Source of the DNA: Fusobacteriota bacterium
Lineage (GTDB): Bacteria > Fusobacteriota > Fusobacteriia > Fusobacteriales > JBNJFI01
Assembly (NCBI GenBank): GCA_051746725.1
Contig: JBNJFI010000052.1
Span: 1-14,774, forward strand
Reading direction: 5' to 3'
DNA: 14,774 nt
In this document: in pieces, positions 1 to 8,998 of the stretch
Layout: the number at the start of each line of letters is the position of its first letter
Position numbering within the stretch: position 1 is the first letter of the stretch
Made by a program: the position numbers and the translations under genes
Notes under the pieces: model-generated
Databases searched by the model: none
Seen by the model: the letters and a program-made list of their open reading frames with translations, nothing else
What the model was told of the DNA's origin: nothing

Positions 1-267
1 TTTTTGAATTTTTCCATGGTTCATAGCTCTATAAACCTCTTGAGTATTACTCATTTTAGCTGCATCTTCTTCTAGCTCTTTCTTTTCCGTTTCATAATTT
101 ATCTTCAAAGTTCTGAGACTATTTTCTGTCAAATTTTTCAAATTATTATTCAATGTATTTACAACATAAAATATCAAAAGCCCTCCAATTATAGTAGAAG
201 TAGCAATTATTGCTATGTCATTTAGATACGTTATTTTATAAAAAAATGAGTCCTCAGAAAATTTCAT
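1..267 (-). CDS. Partial CDS (N-terminal 89 aa, runs off left edge): membrane-anchored protein, probable sensor (histidine kinase or similar signal transducer)
   Basis: Not in the ORF track; translated by hand. ATG at 267, open to position 1: MKFSEDSFFYKITYLNDIAIIATSTIIGGLLIFYVVNTLNNNLKNLTENSLRTLKINYETEKKELEEDAAKMSNTQEVYRAMNHGKIQK. It has one hydrophobic TM segment followed by a long amphipathic helix, typical of TM1 plus the start of an extracytoplasmic sensor domain. It starts 3 nt after the tex stop, with an AAGGGG RBS-like site inside the end of tex. The product is inferred because no catalytic domain is in the window. Confidence 0.7.
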   Translation of the reverse strand, partial: MKFSEDSFFYKITYLNDIAIIATSTIIGGLLIFYVVNTLNNNLKNLTENSLRTLKINYETEKKELEEDAAKMSNTQEVYRAMNHGKIQK

Positions 268-270
268 TGT

Positions 271-2430
271 TTACAGCCCCTTTTTTGTCAAGCCTACTCT
301 ATCTCTTTTAGCATCTATATCTTTTATTTTGACTTTTATAATATCCCCCACTGAAAGTTCTTCATTTGGGTCCTTTACAAATTTTTTCCCAATTTCAGAT
401 ATATGTAATAAAGCATCATTTTTTAATCCAATATCAACAAATGCTCCAAATTGAACTACATTTCTTACTGTTCCCTCTAATTCCATACCGGGTTTTAAAT
501 CTTCAAGTTTTACTATTCCCTCTTTTAATATAGGAGTGGTATATTCATCTCGAGGATCTCTTCTTTTCTGTAAAAGTGAATTATATATATCTACTACGGT
601 CTCTTCCCCATAATCATTTTCTTCTATAAATTTATCAACATCTAATAACTTAAGCTTTTCTTTTACATTTTTAATATCATCTCTTAAATCATCTAAAGTA
701 ACGTCAATTTTTTCTAACATCTCTTCTGCTATATCATATGATTCAGGATGTATTATCGTGTTATCCAAAGGATTATCACTTTCTGGAACCATTATAAATC
801 CCGCTGCCAATTTAAAAGTTTTCTTTCCTATCCCCTTTACTTTGGATAAATCTTTTCTAGATGTGAATTTACCTTCTTTTTCTCTTCTCTGAACTATTTT
901 TTTACAGGCATTTTTTCTTAAACCTGAAACATAATTAAGTAATGCCCAAGAGGCACTATTTATATTAACCCCTACATTATTTACAGCACTTTCTACTACT
1001 TGAGTCAAAGATTTTTCTAACCTTTTTTTTGTTATATCATGCTGATACATTCCAACTCCAATTGACTTAGGATCTATTTTTACAAGTTCTGCCAAGGGAT
1101 CTTGAACTCTTCTTGCAATTGATATAGCCCCTCGAACTGTTACATCTAAATCTGGAAATTCTTCTCGTGCTAATTTTGAAGCTGAATAAACAGATGCTCC
1201 TGCCTCATTAACAATTATATATTGAACTTTTTTGTCTACTTCTTTTAACATCTCTGCAACAAAACTTTCTGTTTCTCTAGAAGCTGTACCATTTCCTATA
1301 GCGACAAGATTTATATCGTGTTTTTTTATATATTTTTTTAATTTATCTTTGGCTTCTTTTTTTTTACTTTCGCTCATCGTCACAAAAATTACATCGTTTT
1401 CTTTATAAGTCCCTAAATTATCAATAACAACAACTTTACACCCTGTCCGATAGGCAGGATCTAATCCTAATATGTTTTTCCCTTCCATTGGAGGCTGCAT
1501 TAATAAGTTTTTTAAATTTTCTTGAAAACTAGCAATTGCTTCTTCCTCTGCCATCTCTGTTAAAATGTTTCTAACTTCTCTTTCGATTGAAGGTAATATT
1601 AATCGATCAAGAGAATCTTCTATTATTGATCTATATAAAAATTCTAAATTTTTATTTGGATAATCCTTAAGTATTGCTTTTGTAATTAATTCTAAATTTA
1701 AAGAACTCAACTCTATTTTAACTCGTAATATCTTTTCTTTTTCACCTCTATTTAAAGCTAAAACTCTATGAGAGGCTATATGTTTTACTTTTTCTTGAAA
1801 ATTATAGTAATCTTTATAAGTTTGTTTTTCATCTTCTTTTTTGTTTTTTTCTACTACTTCCGATATTATAGTTCCATTTTTCTTCATTTTTCCTCTTATA
1901 TATTCTCTATATTTTATCTCTTGAGAAATATCTTGGGCAATTATTAATTTTGCTTCTTCTATAGCATCTTCAACTGTCTTAACTTCATCAGTAAGGTAAT
2001 TGCCAGCTTCTTTTTCAAGATCTTTTTTGGTAACATCTTCTTTTTTCATATAATCCGCTAGTGGTTGCAAACCTTTATCTACTGCCTTATCTGCCAATGT
2101 TTTTTTTCTTTTCTTGTACGGCAAATACAGATCCTCTACTTTTTGTAACTGTTTTGCTTTTTCAATTTTAACTTTTAATTCATCAGTAAGTTCACCTTGT
2201 TCATCTATTAGATTAATTACTGCTTTCTTTCTTTCCTCTAAATTTCGAATATATGTTATTTCATCTAATATATTCTGAATCTGCTGTTCATCTAAACTTT
2301 TCGTTTGTTCTTTTCTATACCTTGCTATAAAAGGAACAGTAGACCCATCATCAAGCAGTTCAATTGTATTTTTTACCTGAACAGGTTTCAAATCCAACTT
2401 TTTTGCTATTTCCTTAACTATTTCGTTCAT
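271..2430 (-). CDS. tex: Tex family RNA-binding transcriptional accessory protein (Tex_N, YqgF-like, HhH, S1 domains)
   Basis: 719 aa with Tex motifs TVPFIARYRKE, EDLYLPYK, ILGLDPAYRTGCK, AIGNGTASRET, VNEAGASVYSAS, ARRVQDPLAELVKIDPKSIGVGMYQHD and a C-terminal S1 domain (GTVRNVVQFGAFVDIG). AGGAGG RBS upstream. Confidence 0.97.
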   Translation of the reverse strand: MNEIVKEIAKKLDLKPVQVKNTIELLDDGSTVPFIARYRKEQTKSLDEQQIQNILDEITYIRNLEERKKAVINLIDEQGELTDELKVKIEKAKQLQKVEDLYLPYKKRKKTLADKAVDKGLQPLADYMKKEDVTKKDLEKEAGNYLTDEVKTVEDAIEEAKLIIAQDISQEIKYREYIRGKMKKNGTIISEVVEKNKKEDEKQTYKDYYNFQEKVKHIASHRVLALNRGEKEKILRVKIELSSLNLELITKAILKDYPNKNLEFLYRSIIEDSLDRLILPSIEREVRNILTEMAEEEAIASFQENLKNLLMQPPMEGKNILGLDPAYRTGCKVVVIDNLGTYKENDVIFVTMSESKKKEAKDKLKKYIKKHDINLVAIGNGTASRETESFVAEMLKEVDKKVQYIIVNEAGASVYSASKLAREEFPDLDVTVRGAISIARRVQDPLAELVKIDPKSIGVGMYQHDITKKRLEKSLTQVVESAVNNVGVNINSASWALLNYVSGLRKNACKKIVQRREKEGKFTSRKDLSKVKGIGKKTFKLAAGFIMVPESDNPLDNTIIHPESYDIAEEMLEKIDVTLDDLRDDIKNVKEKLKLLDVDKFIEENDYGEETVVDIYNSLLQKRRDPRDEYTTPILKEGIVKLEDLKPGMELEGTVRNVVQFGAFVDIGLKNDALLHISEIGKKFVKDPNEELSVGDIIKVKIKDIDAKRDRVGLTKKGL

Positions 2431-2476
2431 AAATCCCTCCTGAATATTTTCAATTTTCTAATTAAAATACTTGTTT

Positions 2477-2505
2477 ATTATACCATATTTAAAAATGTTT
2501 GTAAA
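2477..2505 (-). promoter_or_regulatory. Sigma70-type promoter for tex
   Basis: Minus strand reads TTTACA (2505-2500), 17 nt, TATAAT (2482-2477), with an extended -10 (TGG-TATAAT), about 45 nt upstream of the tex start. Confidence 0.75.
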
Positions 2506-2600
2506 TCCAAATATTAAGCGTTCTCACTCTATTTTTTATTAAATTACAAGTATTTTGTAAAAAATTATATTTATCTTAGAATTCCTTTATTTTATAAGAC

Positions 2601-2641
2601 AAAAAAAGAGGAAATCTATCTAAATGATAAATTTCCTCTTT
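2601..2641 (-). terminator. Intrinsic terminator after the glucosidase gene
   Basis: Inverted repeat AAAGAGGAAAT (2605-2615) / ATTTCCTCTTT (2631-2641), running into a U-tract on the minus strand (A7 at 2601-2607). It begins 10 nt after the stop codon. Confidence 0.85.
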
Positions 2642-2651
2642 GGTTAAAATA

Positions 2652-4337
2652 TTATATTTTTCTTAATACTAGACTTTCATATGGTTTCAATTTAAATTCA
2701 TTACCTACTTTATCTTTTTCTTTATAATTAGATATTAAAACTTCCCAATTTATATCTTTATATTTTTCGTTTATTTTATAGTCTATGTTTTTTTTCGTAA
2801 AATTCAATAAAACTAATATCTCCTCTCCTTTATATCTTCGCATATAACTATATATTTCTTCATTTTTTTTATCTAAATTCTCATATGTTCCATATATTAA
2901 ACAATTATTATTTTTCCGAATTTTAATCATCTCTTGATAATATGAAAATATAGAATCATTTTCTTTTTTGCTTTTTTTAACATTTATATCTGTATAATTC
3001 GGATTAACTTTCAACCAAGGTTTTCCATCAGTAAAACCAGCATTTTTAGAATCATCCCATTGCATAGGAGTTCTAGAATTATCTCGCCCTTTTTTATTAT
3101 AAGCTTCCATTAATTTATCATGAGAAGCCCCTTTATCCATTTGTTCTTTATAATGATTTAATATCTCTAAATCTCTAAAATCTTCTATATCATCAATTCT
3201 TATATTTGTCATTCCAATTTCTTCACCTTGATATATGTATGGAGTACCTTTTAAAGTCATAATCAAAGTAGCTAACATTTTAGCTGATTCTTTTCTATAT
3301 TCTTTGTCGTCTCCAAAGGTCGAAACTGATCTTGGTTGATCATGATTCATTAAAAAATTACTCCCCCAACCATTACACTCTTCCATGGCTTTATACCATT
3401 TATCCATTATACTTTTAAAATCTGATAATTTCCAATCAACTATATCCCATTTTCCCTCTGGTCCTGTTGTCAATTCAACGTGTTCCATTTGAAAAACCAT
3501 ATTTAATTCATTTCTATCTTCTCCGACTAACTTCTTCCCTTCGTCTACCGGAAGTCCAAAACACTCTCCTACAGTCATAATATCATATTTTTTTAAGCTT
3601 TCCTTATTCATTTCTTTCATAAACTCGTGAAATCTTGGTCCATTAACATAAGTTTCATTTTCATGCCACTCTAAGCTTTCATCATAGTCTGGAAGACCTG
3701 GATATTTAGATATTAAGTTAATTACGTCCATTCTAAATCCATCAACTCCTTTATCAAACCACCAATTCATCATGTCATATATCTCTTTTCTTAATTTAGA
3801 ATTTTCCCAATTTAAATCTGGTTGCTTTTTACTGAATAGATGTAAATAATATTGATCTGTATTTTCATCGTATTCCCAGGCAGGGCCGCTAAAAATGGAT
3901 TGCCAATTATTAGGCTCTACTTTATTTCCATCTTCATCATATTCAGGGTCTCTCCATATATAATAGTCTCTATATGGATTATCCTTAGATTTTTTAGATT
4001 CTATAAACCATTTGTGCTCATCAGAGCTGTGATTTACCACTAAATCCATAATCAATTTTATTCCTCTTTCATGTAATCCATCTTTTAATTCTTCCCATTC
4101 TTCCATAGTTCCAAATTCATCCATAATATCTTTATAATCACTTATATCATATCCATTATCATCATTTGGAGATTTATATACTGGGTTTAACCATATTATA
4201 TTTACCCCTAATTCTTTTAAATAATCCATTTTTTTTATAATTCCTCTTAAATCTCCAATACCACTTCCTGTTGTGTCATTAAAACTTCTTGGATATATCT
4301 GATAAACTACTCCTTCTTTCCACCACTTTTTCTTCAT
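2652..4337 (-). CDS. malL: GH13 oligo-1,6-glucosidase / alpha-glucosidase (GH13_31-like)
   Basis: 561 aa with WWKEGVVYQIYPRSF, SPNDDNGYDISDY, MDLVVNHSSDEH and the QPDLN subfamily signature. Catalytic triad in GFRMDVIN / TVGEC / NHDQPR, plus YQGEEIGM and RDNSRTPMQW. Val after the nucleophile Asp is typical of alpha-1,6-active members. No signal peptide. AAGGAG RBS. Confidence 0.9.
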   Translation of the reverse strand: MKKKWWKEGVVYQIYPRSFNDTTGSGIGDLRGIIKKMDYLKELGVNIIWLNPVYKSPNDDNGYDISDYKDIMDEFGTMEEWEELKDGLHERGIKLIMDLVVNHSSDEHKWFIESKKSKDNPYRDYYIWRDPEYDEDGNKVEPNNWQSIFSGPAWEYDENTDQYYLHLFSKKQPDLNWENSKLRKEIYDMMNWWFDKGVDGFRMDVINLISKYPGLPDYDESLEWHENETYVNGPRFHEFMKEMNKESLKKYDIMTVGECFGLPVDEGKKLVGEDRNELNMVFQMEHVELTTGPEGKWDIVDWKLSDFKSIMDKWYKAMEECNGWGSNFLMNHDQPRSVSTFGDDKEYRKESAKMLATLIMTLKGTPYIYQGEEIGMTNIRIDDIEDFRDLEILNHYKEQMDKGASHDKLMEAYNKKGRDNSRTPMQWDDSKNAGFTDGKPWLKVNPNYTDINVKKSKKENDSIFSYYQEMIKIRKNNNCLIYGTYENLDKKNEEIYSYMRRYKGEEILVLLNFTKKNIDYKINEKYKDINWEVLISNYKEKDKVGNEFKLKPYESLVLRKI

Positions 4338-4358
4338 TTGATCACTCCTTTTAATATA

Positions 4359-5378
4359 TTATTTTATGTTAACACTATCTCGTTTTGTTAAGTATGGCTT
4401 GAATACCCTTTTTTGATTTTTTATCTTCCTGCCTTCAATACGATTTATAAGATTTTGGCATGCTTTTTTGACAACTTCTTCTAAAGGTTGATGAACTGTT
4501 GTTAGACTAGGTACAAAATAATTGCAATATTCTATATCATCATACCCAATTATAGATACATCTTTAGGAATATCCATGCCAATTTTTTTTAAACTTTGTA
4601 TAACCCCAAATGCCATTAAATCCGTTTGCACAAATAATCCATCCATTTTTTTTATCTTATTATAGTTTTTTTCCGCCCAGTTATAAGCTGCTTCAAAGGT
4701 TATTTCGGTTTCATAAATATTTATATCTTCTTTACCAGTATTTTCTTTCATTGCATTTATATACCCTTGTGTTCTTTCTATAAATTCAGGTATTTCTCCT
4801 TTTGCAGTTAACGTTCCAATCTGTTGAGCTCCACTGTCCATTAAATGTTTTGTAGCAATGTATCCTCCATAAATATTATCTACTCCAAAATACCTTTCTT
4901 TTTCTCCAAATTCATTTTTATAATATAAAAATAGATACTCTTTTTTGCTTTTTTTAATATACTCAAAATCTTCTTTTTTCAAACCAAACATAGTTAAAAT
5001 AATTCCATCTGCTTGATTTTGACCAATAACTTTTTTGATATTACTTTCTCCTGTATGTGTATTTTCAACAGTTTGAAATATAACATTATAAGAATTTTTT
5101 TCTACACTTTCAATTATATTCTTTTGTAATACATTGAAAAATTGTTGCGCTGCTATATGATAAAAATTTTTAGGCAAGATTACTGCTATAGTTTCTGTTT
5201 TTTGTGTTTTTAATCGTCTGGCATTAGCATTAAATTCAAACCCTAATTCATCTGCTACTTTTTTTATCTTTGCTTTAGTATCATCTGAAACTAAATCACT
5301 ATCATTTAGGCTTCTTGAAACTGTCGGATGACTTACTCCTACTATTTTTGCTATATCCTTTATTGTTACCTTCTTCAT
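4359..5378 (-). CDS. LacI family transcriptional repressor (339 aa; start revised from 5456 to ATG 5378)
   Basis: N-terminal HTH MKKVTIKDIAKIVGVSHPTVSRSLN, hinge helix NANARRL, and C-terminal IPKDVSIIGYDD / PSLTTVHQP. The ATG at 5378 has an AAGGGGAG RBS. The TTG start at 5456 given in the track is actually the -35 box. Confidence 0.95.
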   Translation of the reverse strand: MKKVTIKDIAKIVGVSHPTVSRSLNDSDLVSDDTKAKIKKVADELGFEFNANARRLKTQKTETIAVILPKNFYHIAAQQFFNVLQKNIIESVEKNSYNVIFQTVENTHTGESNIKKVIGQNQADGIILTMFGLKKEDFEYIKKSKKEYLFLYYKNEFGEKERYFGVDNIYGGYIATKHLMDSGAQQIGTLTAKGEIPEFIERTQGYINAMKENTGKEDINIYETEITFEAAYNWAEKNYNKIKKMDGLFVQTDLMAFGVIQSLKKIGMDIPKDVSIIGYDDIEYCNYFVPSLTTVHQPLEEVVKKACQNLINRIEGRKIKNQKRVFKPYLTKRDSVNIK

Positions 5379-5414
5379 TTTTCTCCCCTTTTTAAACTTA
5401 TTATTTATATCTTT

Positions 5415-5428
5415 TGCACACGTGTAAA
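5415..5428. promoter_or_regulatory. Candidate LacI-family operator overlapping the predicted transcription start
   Basis: TGCACACGTGTAAA, with a perfect 8-bp core ACACGTGT (5418-5425) centred on CG as LacI-family operators are. It lies directly downstream of the -10 box and is GC-rich against an AT-rich background. Confidence 0.65.
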
Positions 5429-5456
5429 TTATACCATCTGTATAAGAATTTGTCAA
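5428..5456 (-). promoter_or_regulatory. Consensus sigma70 promoter for the lacI-malL unit
   Basis: Minus strand reads TTGACA (5456-5451), 17 nt, TATAAT (5433-5428), with an extended -10 (TGG-TATAAT). Confidence 0.9.
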
Positions 5457-5480
5457 AAGTAATTTAGATCTTAGTCATAT

Positions 5481-5517
5481 TAAAAACACTGGAATAATTT
5501 TTCATTTATTCCAGTGT
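5481..5517 (-). terminator. Intrinsic terminator after the binding-protein gene
   Basis: Perfect 12-bp stem ACACTGGAATAA (5486-5497) / TTATTCCAGTGT (5506-5517) with an 8-nt loop and a U-tract on the minus strand (A-run 5482-5486). It begins 14 nt after the stop. Confidence 0.85.
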
Positions 5518-5531
5518 AACTTAAAATATTT

Positions 5532-6608
5532 TTATTTAGAACTTAACTGTTCTATTATTTTTTCTATTTTAAAATTATGTTGTTCCAAATCTTCATTATA
5601 TACTCTAGAAAATCTTTTGAAATCAATAGTAGACCAGTTTTCTTTATCTAAAACTAATTTCATATCTTCATAATTGTCTTTAGTTAAAGCATACATATCA
5701 GTATTTTTTATAACTCCACCTTTTTTGAAATCATAACCTTTCAAATAATCATGAAGTAGAATCACTCCCCATGCAGCTTCCATAAAATGTCCACCTATAG
5801 TAGTAACTAATTCCCCTTTTTTGACAGCATCTATCGCATCATCGGTCCAGTCTACACCACCTATAAAGATATCTTCACCAGGAATCATTCCTATCTCTTT
5901 AGCACCACTGAGAACTCCTAATGCCATGTCGTCATTTGCTGCCCAAACAATTTGTACATCAGAATATCTATCTTTCATTCTCAAGAATTTTCTTTTGGCT
6001 ACATCATCATCCCAGTCTCCAGTTGTCACTTGTTTCAAATCCACTTCTTTGTATTTTTTCATTGCATTTTTTAAACCAGTAACTCTTGTTGTAGAAGACT
6101 CTGTTGCGTGAAAACCTTGTAATCCAATCATATTCAATTCTCCATTATATTTAACCTTAGCTATTTTTATTAATTGTTCTGCTAAATCATACCCAACTTG
6201 AACATCATCTGGTAATATCTCTCCTATATAATATTTATATTTTTCCCTCGGATACGAAAAATCATCTTTTAATATTCCAGAATTCTGAAATAAAACTGGA
6301 ACCTTTGCCTTTTCAGCCTCTTTTATTATCTCACGTCCGATTTTTTTGAAATTAATTACCATAATAGCATCTGTGCCATTATTAATTGCATCCTTCACTT
6401 GTTCTAACATCTTATGAGCATTATCATTTGCACTATAAATATCCAATTGAACACCTAGATCTTTTGCAGCTTCGTCTGCAAAATCTACTAGAATCTTATA
6501 GAATCTTTCGTCTGTTGAATCTGTTAAAAAATATCCTATTTTCACTTTCTCCTCTGAGTAACTAATTAAAGAAATTAGAACTCCCAGTACTATTAGCATC
6601 TTTTTCAT
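5532..6608 (-). CDS. Type I periplasmic binding protein (sugar-binding-like fold), orphan
   Basis: 358 aa with signal peptide MKKMLIVLGVLISLISYS. PBP1 features include EAAKDLGVQL, RVTGLKNAM, VWAANDDMALG, IGGVDW and TTIGGHFMEAAWGVILLHDY. No lipobox Cys. AAGGGGG RBS, 22 nt after the kinase stop. Confidence 0.85.
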   Translation of the reverse strand: MKKMLIVLGVLISLISYSEEKVKIGYFLTDSTDERFYKILVDFADEAAKDLGVQLDIYSANDNAHKMLEQVKDAINNGTDAIMVINFKKIGREIIKEAEKAKVPVLFQNSGILKDDFSYPREKYKYYIGEILPDDVQVGYDLAEQLIKIAKVKYNGELNMIGLQGFHATESSTTRVTGLKNAMKKYKEVDLKQVTTGDWDDDVAKRKFLRMKDRYSDVQIVWAANDDMALGVLSGAKEIGMIPGEDIFIGGVDWTDDAIDAVKKGELVTTIGGHFMEAAWGVILLHDYLKGYDFKKGGVIKNTDMYALTKDNYEDMKLVLDKENWSTIDFKRFSRVYNEDLEQHNFKIEKIIEQLSSK

Positions 6609-6630
6609 TTTAATTCCCCCTTGTGTTATT

Positions 6631-8880
6631 TTATATATATTTTTCTATTTTTTCTTTTAGATCTTTAATACTTAAAGGTTTTGATATGTAATCATCCATT
6701 CCAATTTCTAAAAATTTTCTTTTATCCTTTGTATTGGCATATGCAGTTACAGCTATTATAGGAATATTAAATCCTTTTTTGCGCAATATCTCAGTAGTTT
6801 CATATCCATTTTTCTCAGGCATATGTATGTCCATTAATATTAAGTCGTAATTATTATTTTCTACTTTATTTAATAATTCATTTCCATTTTCAACCATATC
6901 AATGCTCCACCTAGAATCATTTAACCCTTTTTTGATAATTTCCTTATTAACTAGATCATCTTCAGCAACTAATATCTTTTTTGAATTTTTATTTTTTTTC
7001 TTATTTTTTTTTGCTCCCTCAAATTTTACGATTTTATTTTCTTTTAAATATAAAACTTCTAGTATTTTTTTTATCAATTCTTTACTACGAACTGGTTTTA
7101 TTAAATAATCTTCCATTCCAAGATTAGAAAATTCAGAAATTTTGTCTTGAATATCAACAGATGTAAACATTACAATTTTAGGTAATTCCATCTTCATTTT
7201 TTTTAATTCTTCTAAAAAATCTAACCCATTCATATTCGGCATATGTGCATCAAGTAAAATCAAATCAAACCTTTTTGGGGATTTTAAAATCTCTAGGGCC
7301 TCTTTTCCACTTTCAGCACCTTGGGACTCCAAACCATTATCCATTAACATTTTATTTATTATTTTTCGATTTAAATCATTATCGTCAACTACTAATATCT
7401 GTTTTGTTTTTAATTTTTCTAATAATTTTTTATTATTTAGTTTAGATCTATTTTTTATTGTATTATCTACAGAAGCTTTTTTGCAGTTCACATAAAATCT
7501 AAATGTACTTCCTTCTCCTTTTTTGCTCTCTAACTCAATATCTCCACCCAAAAATATAGCCAATTGTTTGGAAATAGATAACCCTAGCCCAGTTCCCTGA
7601 TACTCTTTATTATAACTTTGATCCCCTTGGGTAAATTTTTCAAAAATCTTTTTTTGTTTATCTTTAGATATTCCAACTCCTGTATCTTTAATTTCAAATT
7701 CAATTTGAATATCTTGATTTTTTTGAGTTTTATTTCTTGCATGTAAGAATACATTCCCTGAATTAGTAAATTTAATGGCATTATTTATTAGATTAATTAA
7801 TATCTGTCTTATTTTACCACTATCTCCAATTATAATTTCAGGGATATTAGGTTCAATATAATAAACTAATTCTAATCCCTTCTCATGTGCATTTAAAGAA
7901 AACATTTCTATTATGTCTTTTATCATATCCCGGATATTAAATTCACGGTTTTCAATTTCAATTCTCCCCGCTTCTATTTTTGATATATCTAATATATCAT
8001 TTATTATTTCCATTAGATGATCAGCAGAAATATTTATATATCCAATTAATTTTTTCTGTTCTTCATCTAGGTCTGTATGTCTTAATATATCAGCCATACC
8101 TATAACTCCATTCATTGGAGTTCTTATTTCATGACTCATATTTGCTAAAAATTGACTTTTGGATCTATTAGCCTCATCTGCTTTTTTCTTCGATTTAATA
8201 AGTTCATCATTATATTTTTTAAGCTTCTCATAATTTTTCTTTAAAGTATTTTTCATATGATTTAAAGATCTTATCAAACCACCAACTTCATCTTTTTCGT
8301 TATACTTCATATCAGAAATATCTAACCTTCCATTTGCGATGTTTTTAGAAAAAACTTCTGCCTGTATAATTGGTTTAGTAATATAGTTAGACATAATAAC
8401 TAACACAAAAAAGATTAAAGCAAATAAAAGTATAAAAAATATTATTAATCTATATGCAATATCTTTTATCTCTTTGTTAAGAAATTCATAGGTAAATTTA
8501 ATATCTATATTTCCTATTACAGTTCCTTTTCTTCTTATCTTAGCATTCCCAAATAGAGTATTACTCAAATTTTCACCATTAGTTTTATTAAAATAAGTAT
8601 ATCCATAACCATCATCTATTTTTAAACTAATTATCTCCTTATCGTTGAAAAAAGTGTTCGCAATTTTATTAATAGCTTTTTCATCAAAATCCCATAAAAC
8701 TTCTTCTAAAGACGATGAAAGATTATTGAGAGTATTCACTTTTTTGATTCTTAACTTCTTTTCTTCTTCATTCTTTTGCATAACAATTAACCAGGTTGCA
8801 AATATAATAAATAAAATAAAAGTAGATAATCCAATTGATATAATAAATTTTGTTCTCATTCTTTTAAATTTACTGAACAT
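6631..8880 (-). CDS. Membrane hybrid sensor histidine kinase: TM-periplasmic domain-TM-HAMP-HisKA-HATPase-REC-REC (likely start ATG 8880; track gives 8898)
   Basis: Two TM helices, HAMP (ITKPI...[13 protein letters not shown]), H-box [19 protein letters not shown]-box [15 protein letters not shown]-boxes DTGVGI and GTGLGLSI. Two receivers carry phosphoacceptor Asp ([18 protein letters not shown]) and KP motifs. No Hpt domain. An AAAGGGG RBS precedes ATG 8880. Confidence 0.95.
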   Translation of the reverse strand: MFSKFKRMRTKFIISIGLSTFILFIIFATWLIVMQKNEEEKKLRIKKVNTLNNLSSSLEEVLWDFDEKAINKIANTFFNDKEIISLKIDDGYGYTYFNKTNGENLSNTLFGNAKIRRKGTVIGNIDIKFTYEFLNKEIKDIAYRLIIFFILLFALIFFVLVIMSNYITKPIIQAEVFSKNIANGRLDISDMKYNEKDEVGGLIRSLNHMKNTLKKNYEKLKKYNDELIKSKKKADEANRSKSQFLANMSHEIRTPMNGVIGMADILRHTDLDEEQKKLIGYINISADHLMEIINDILDISKIEAGRIEIENREFNIRDMIKDIIEMFSLNAHEKGLELVYYIEPNIPEIIIGDSGKIRQILINLINNAIKFTNSGNVFLHARNKTQKNQDIQIEFEIKDTGVGISKDKQKKIFEKFTQGDQSYNKEYQGTGLGLSISKQLAIFLGGDIELESKKGEGSTFRFYVNCKKASVDNTIKNRSKLNNKKLLEKLKTKQILVVDDNDLNRKIINKMLMDNGLESQGAESGKEALEILKSPKRFDLILLDAHMPNMNGLDFLEELKKMKMELPKIVMFTSVDIQDKISEFSNLGMEDYLIKPVRSKELIKKILEVLYLKENKIVKFEGAKKNKKKNKNSKKILVAEDDLVNKEIIKKGLNDSRWSIDMVENGNELLNKVENNNYDLILMDIHMPEKNGYETTEILRKKGFNIPIIAVTAYANTKDKRKFLEIGMDDYISKPLSIKDLKEKIEKYI

Positions 8881-8925
8881 GATTGCCCCTTTCATCATTC
8901 TAATTTATACTTTTTTCTTTATTAT

Positions 8926-8954
8926 ATTATACCGCAAAACTAATTAAAATTCAA
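8926..8954 (-). promoter_or_regulatory. Sigma70-type promoter for the hybrid kinase / binding protein pair
   Basis: Minus strand reads TTGAAT (8954-8949), 17 nt, TATAAT (8931-8926). A second TATAAT follows immediately (8926-8921). Confidence 0.65.
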
Positions 8955-8998
8955 CGTTTATTTCTGATTTAGATCATTATGTATTATTTATTTTCATT

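Noticed and set aside
1357..1365. Homopolymer T tracts (e.g. in tex) as phase-variation sites
   Set aside because: They encode Lys runs in intact frames and are common throughout this AT-rich window.
2431..2651. Riboswitch or small RNA in the malL-tex intergenic region
   Set aside because: The region is mostly explained by a terminator, promoter and RBS. I see no GC-rich structured segment or known aptamer motif; an Rfam scan would settle it.
5379..5456. 26-aa N-terminal extension of LacI given by the ORF track
   Set aside because: The TTG is the -35 hexamer and the stretch is promoter/operator. The HTH and RBS point to ATG 5378.
2652..6608. Binding protein + LacI + glucosidase as a single sugar ABC uptake operon
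   Set aside because: No permease or ATPase is present, and a strong terminator plus a fresh consensus promoter separate the binding protein from lacI.
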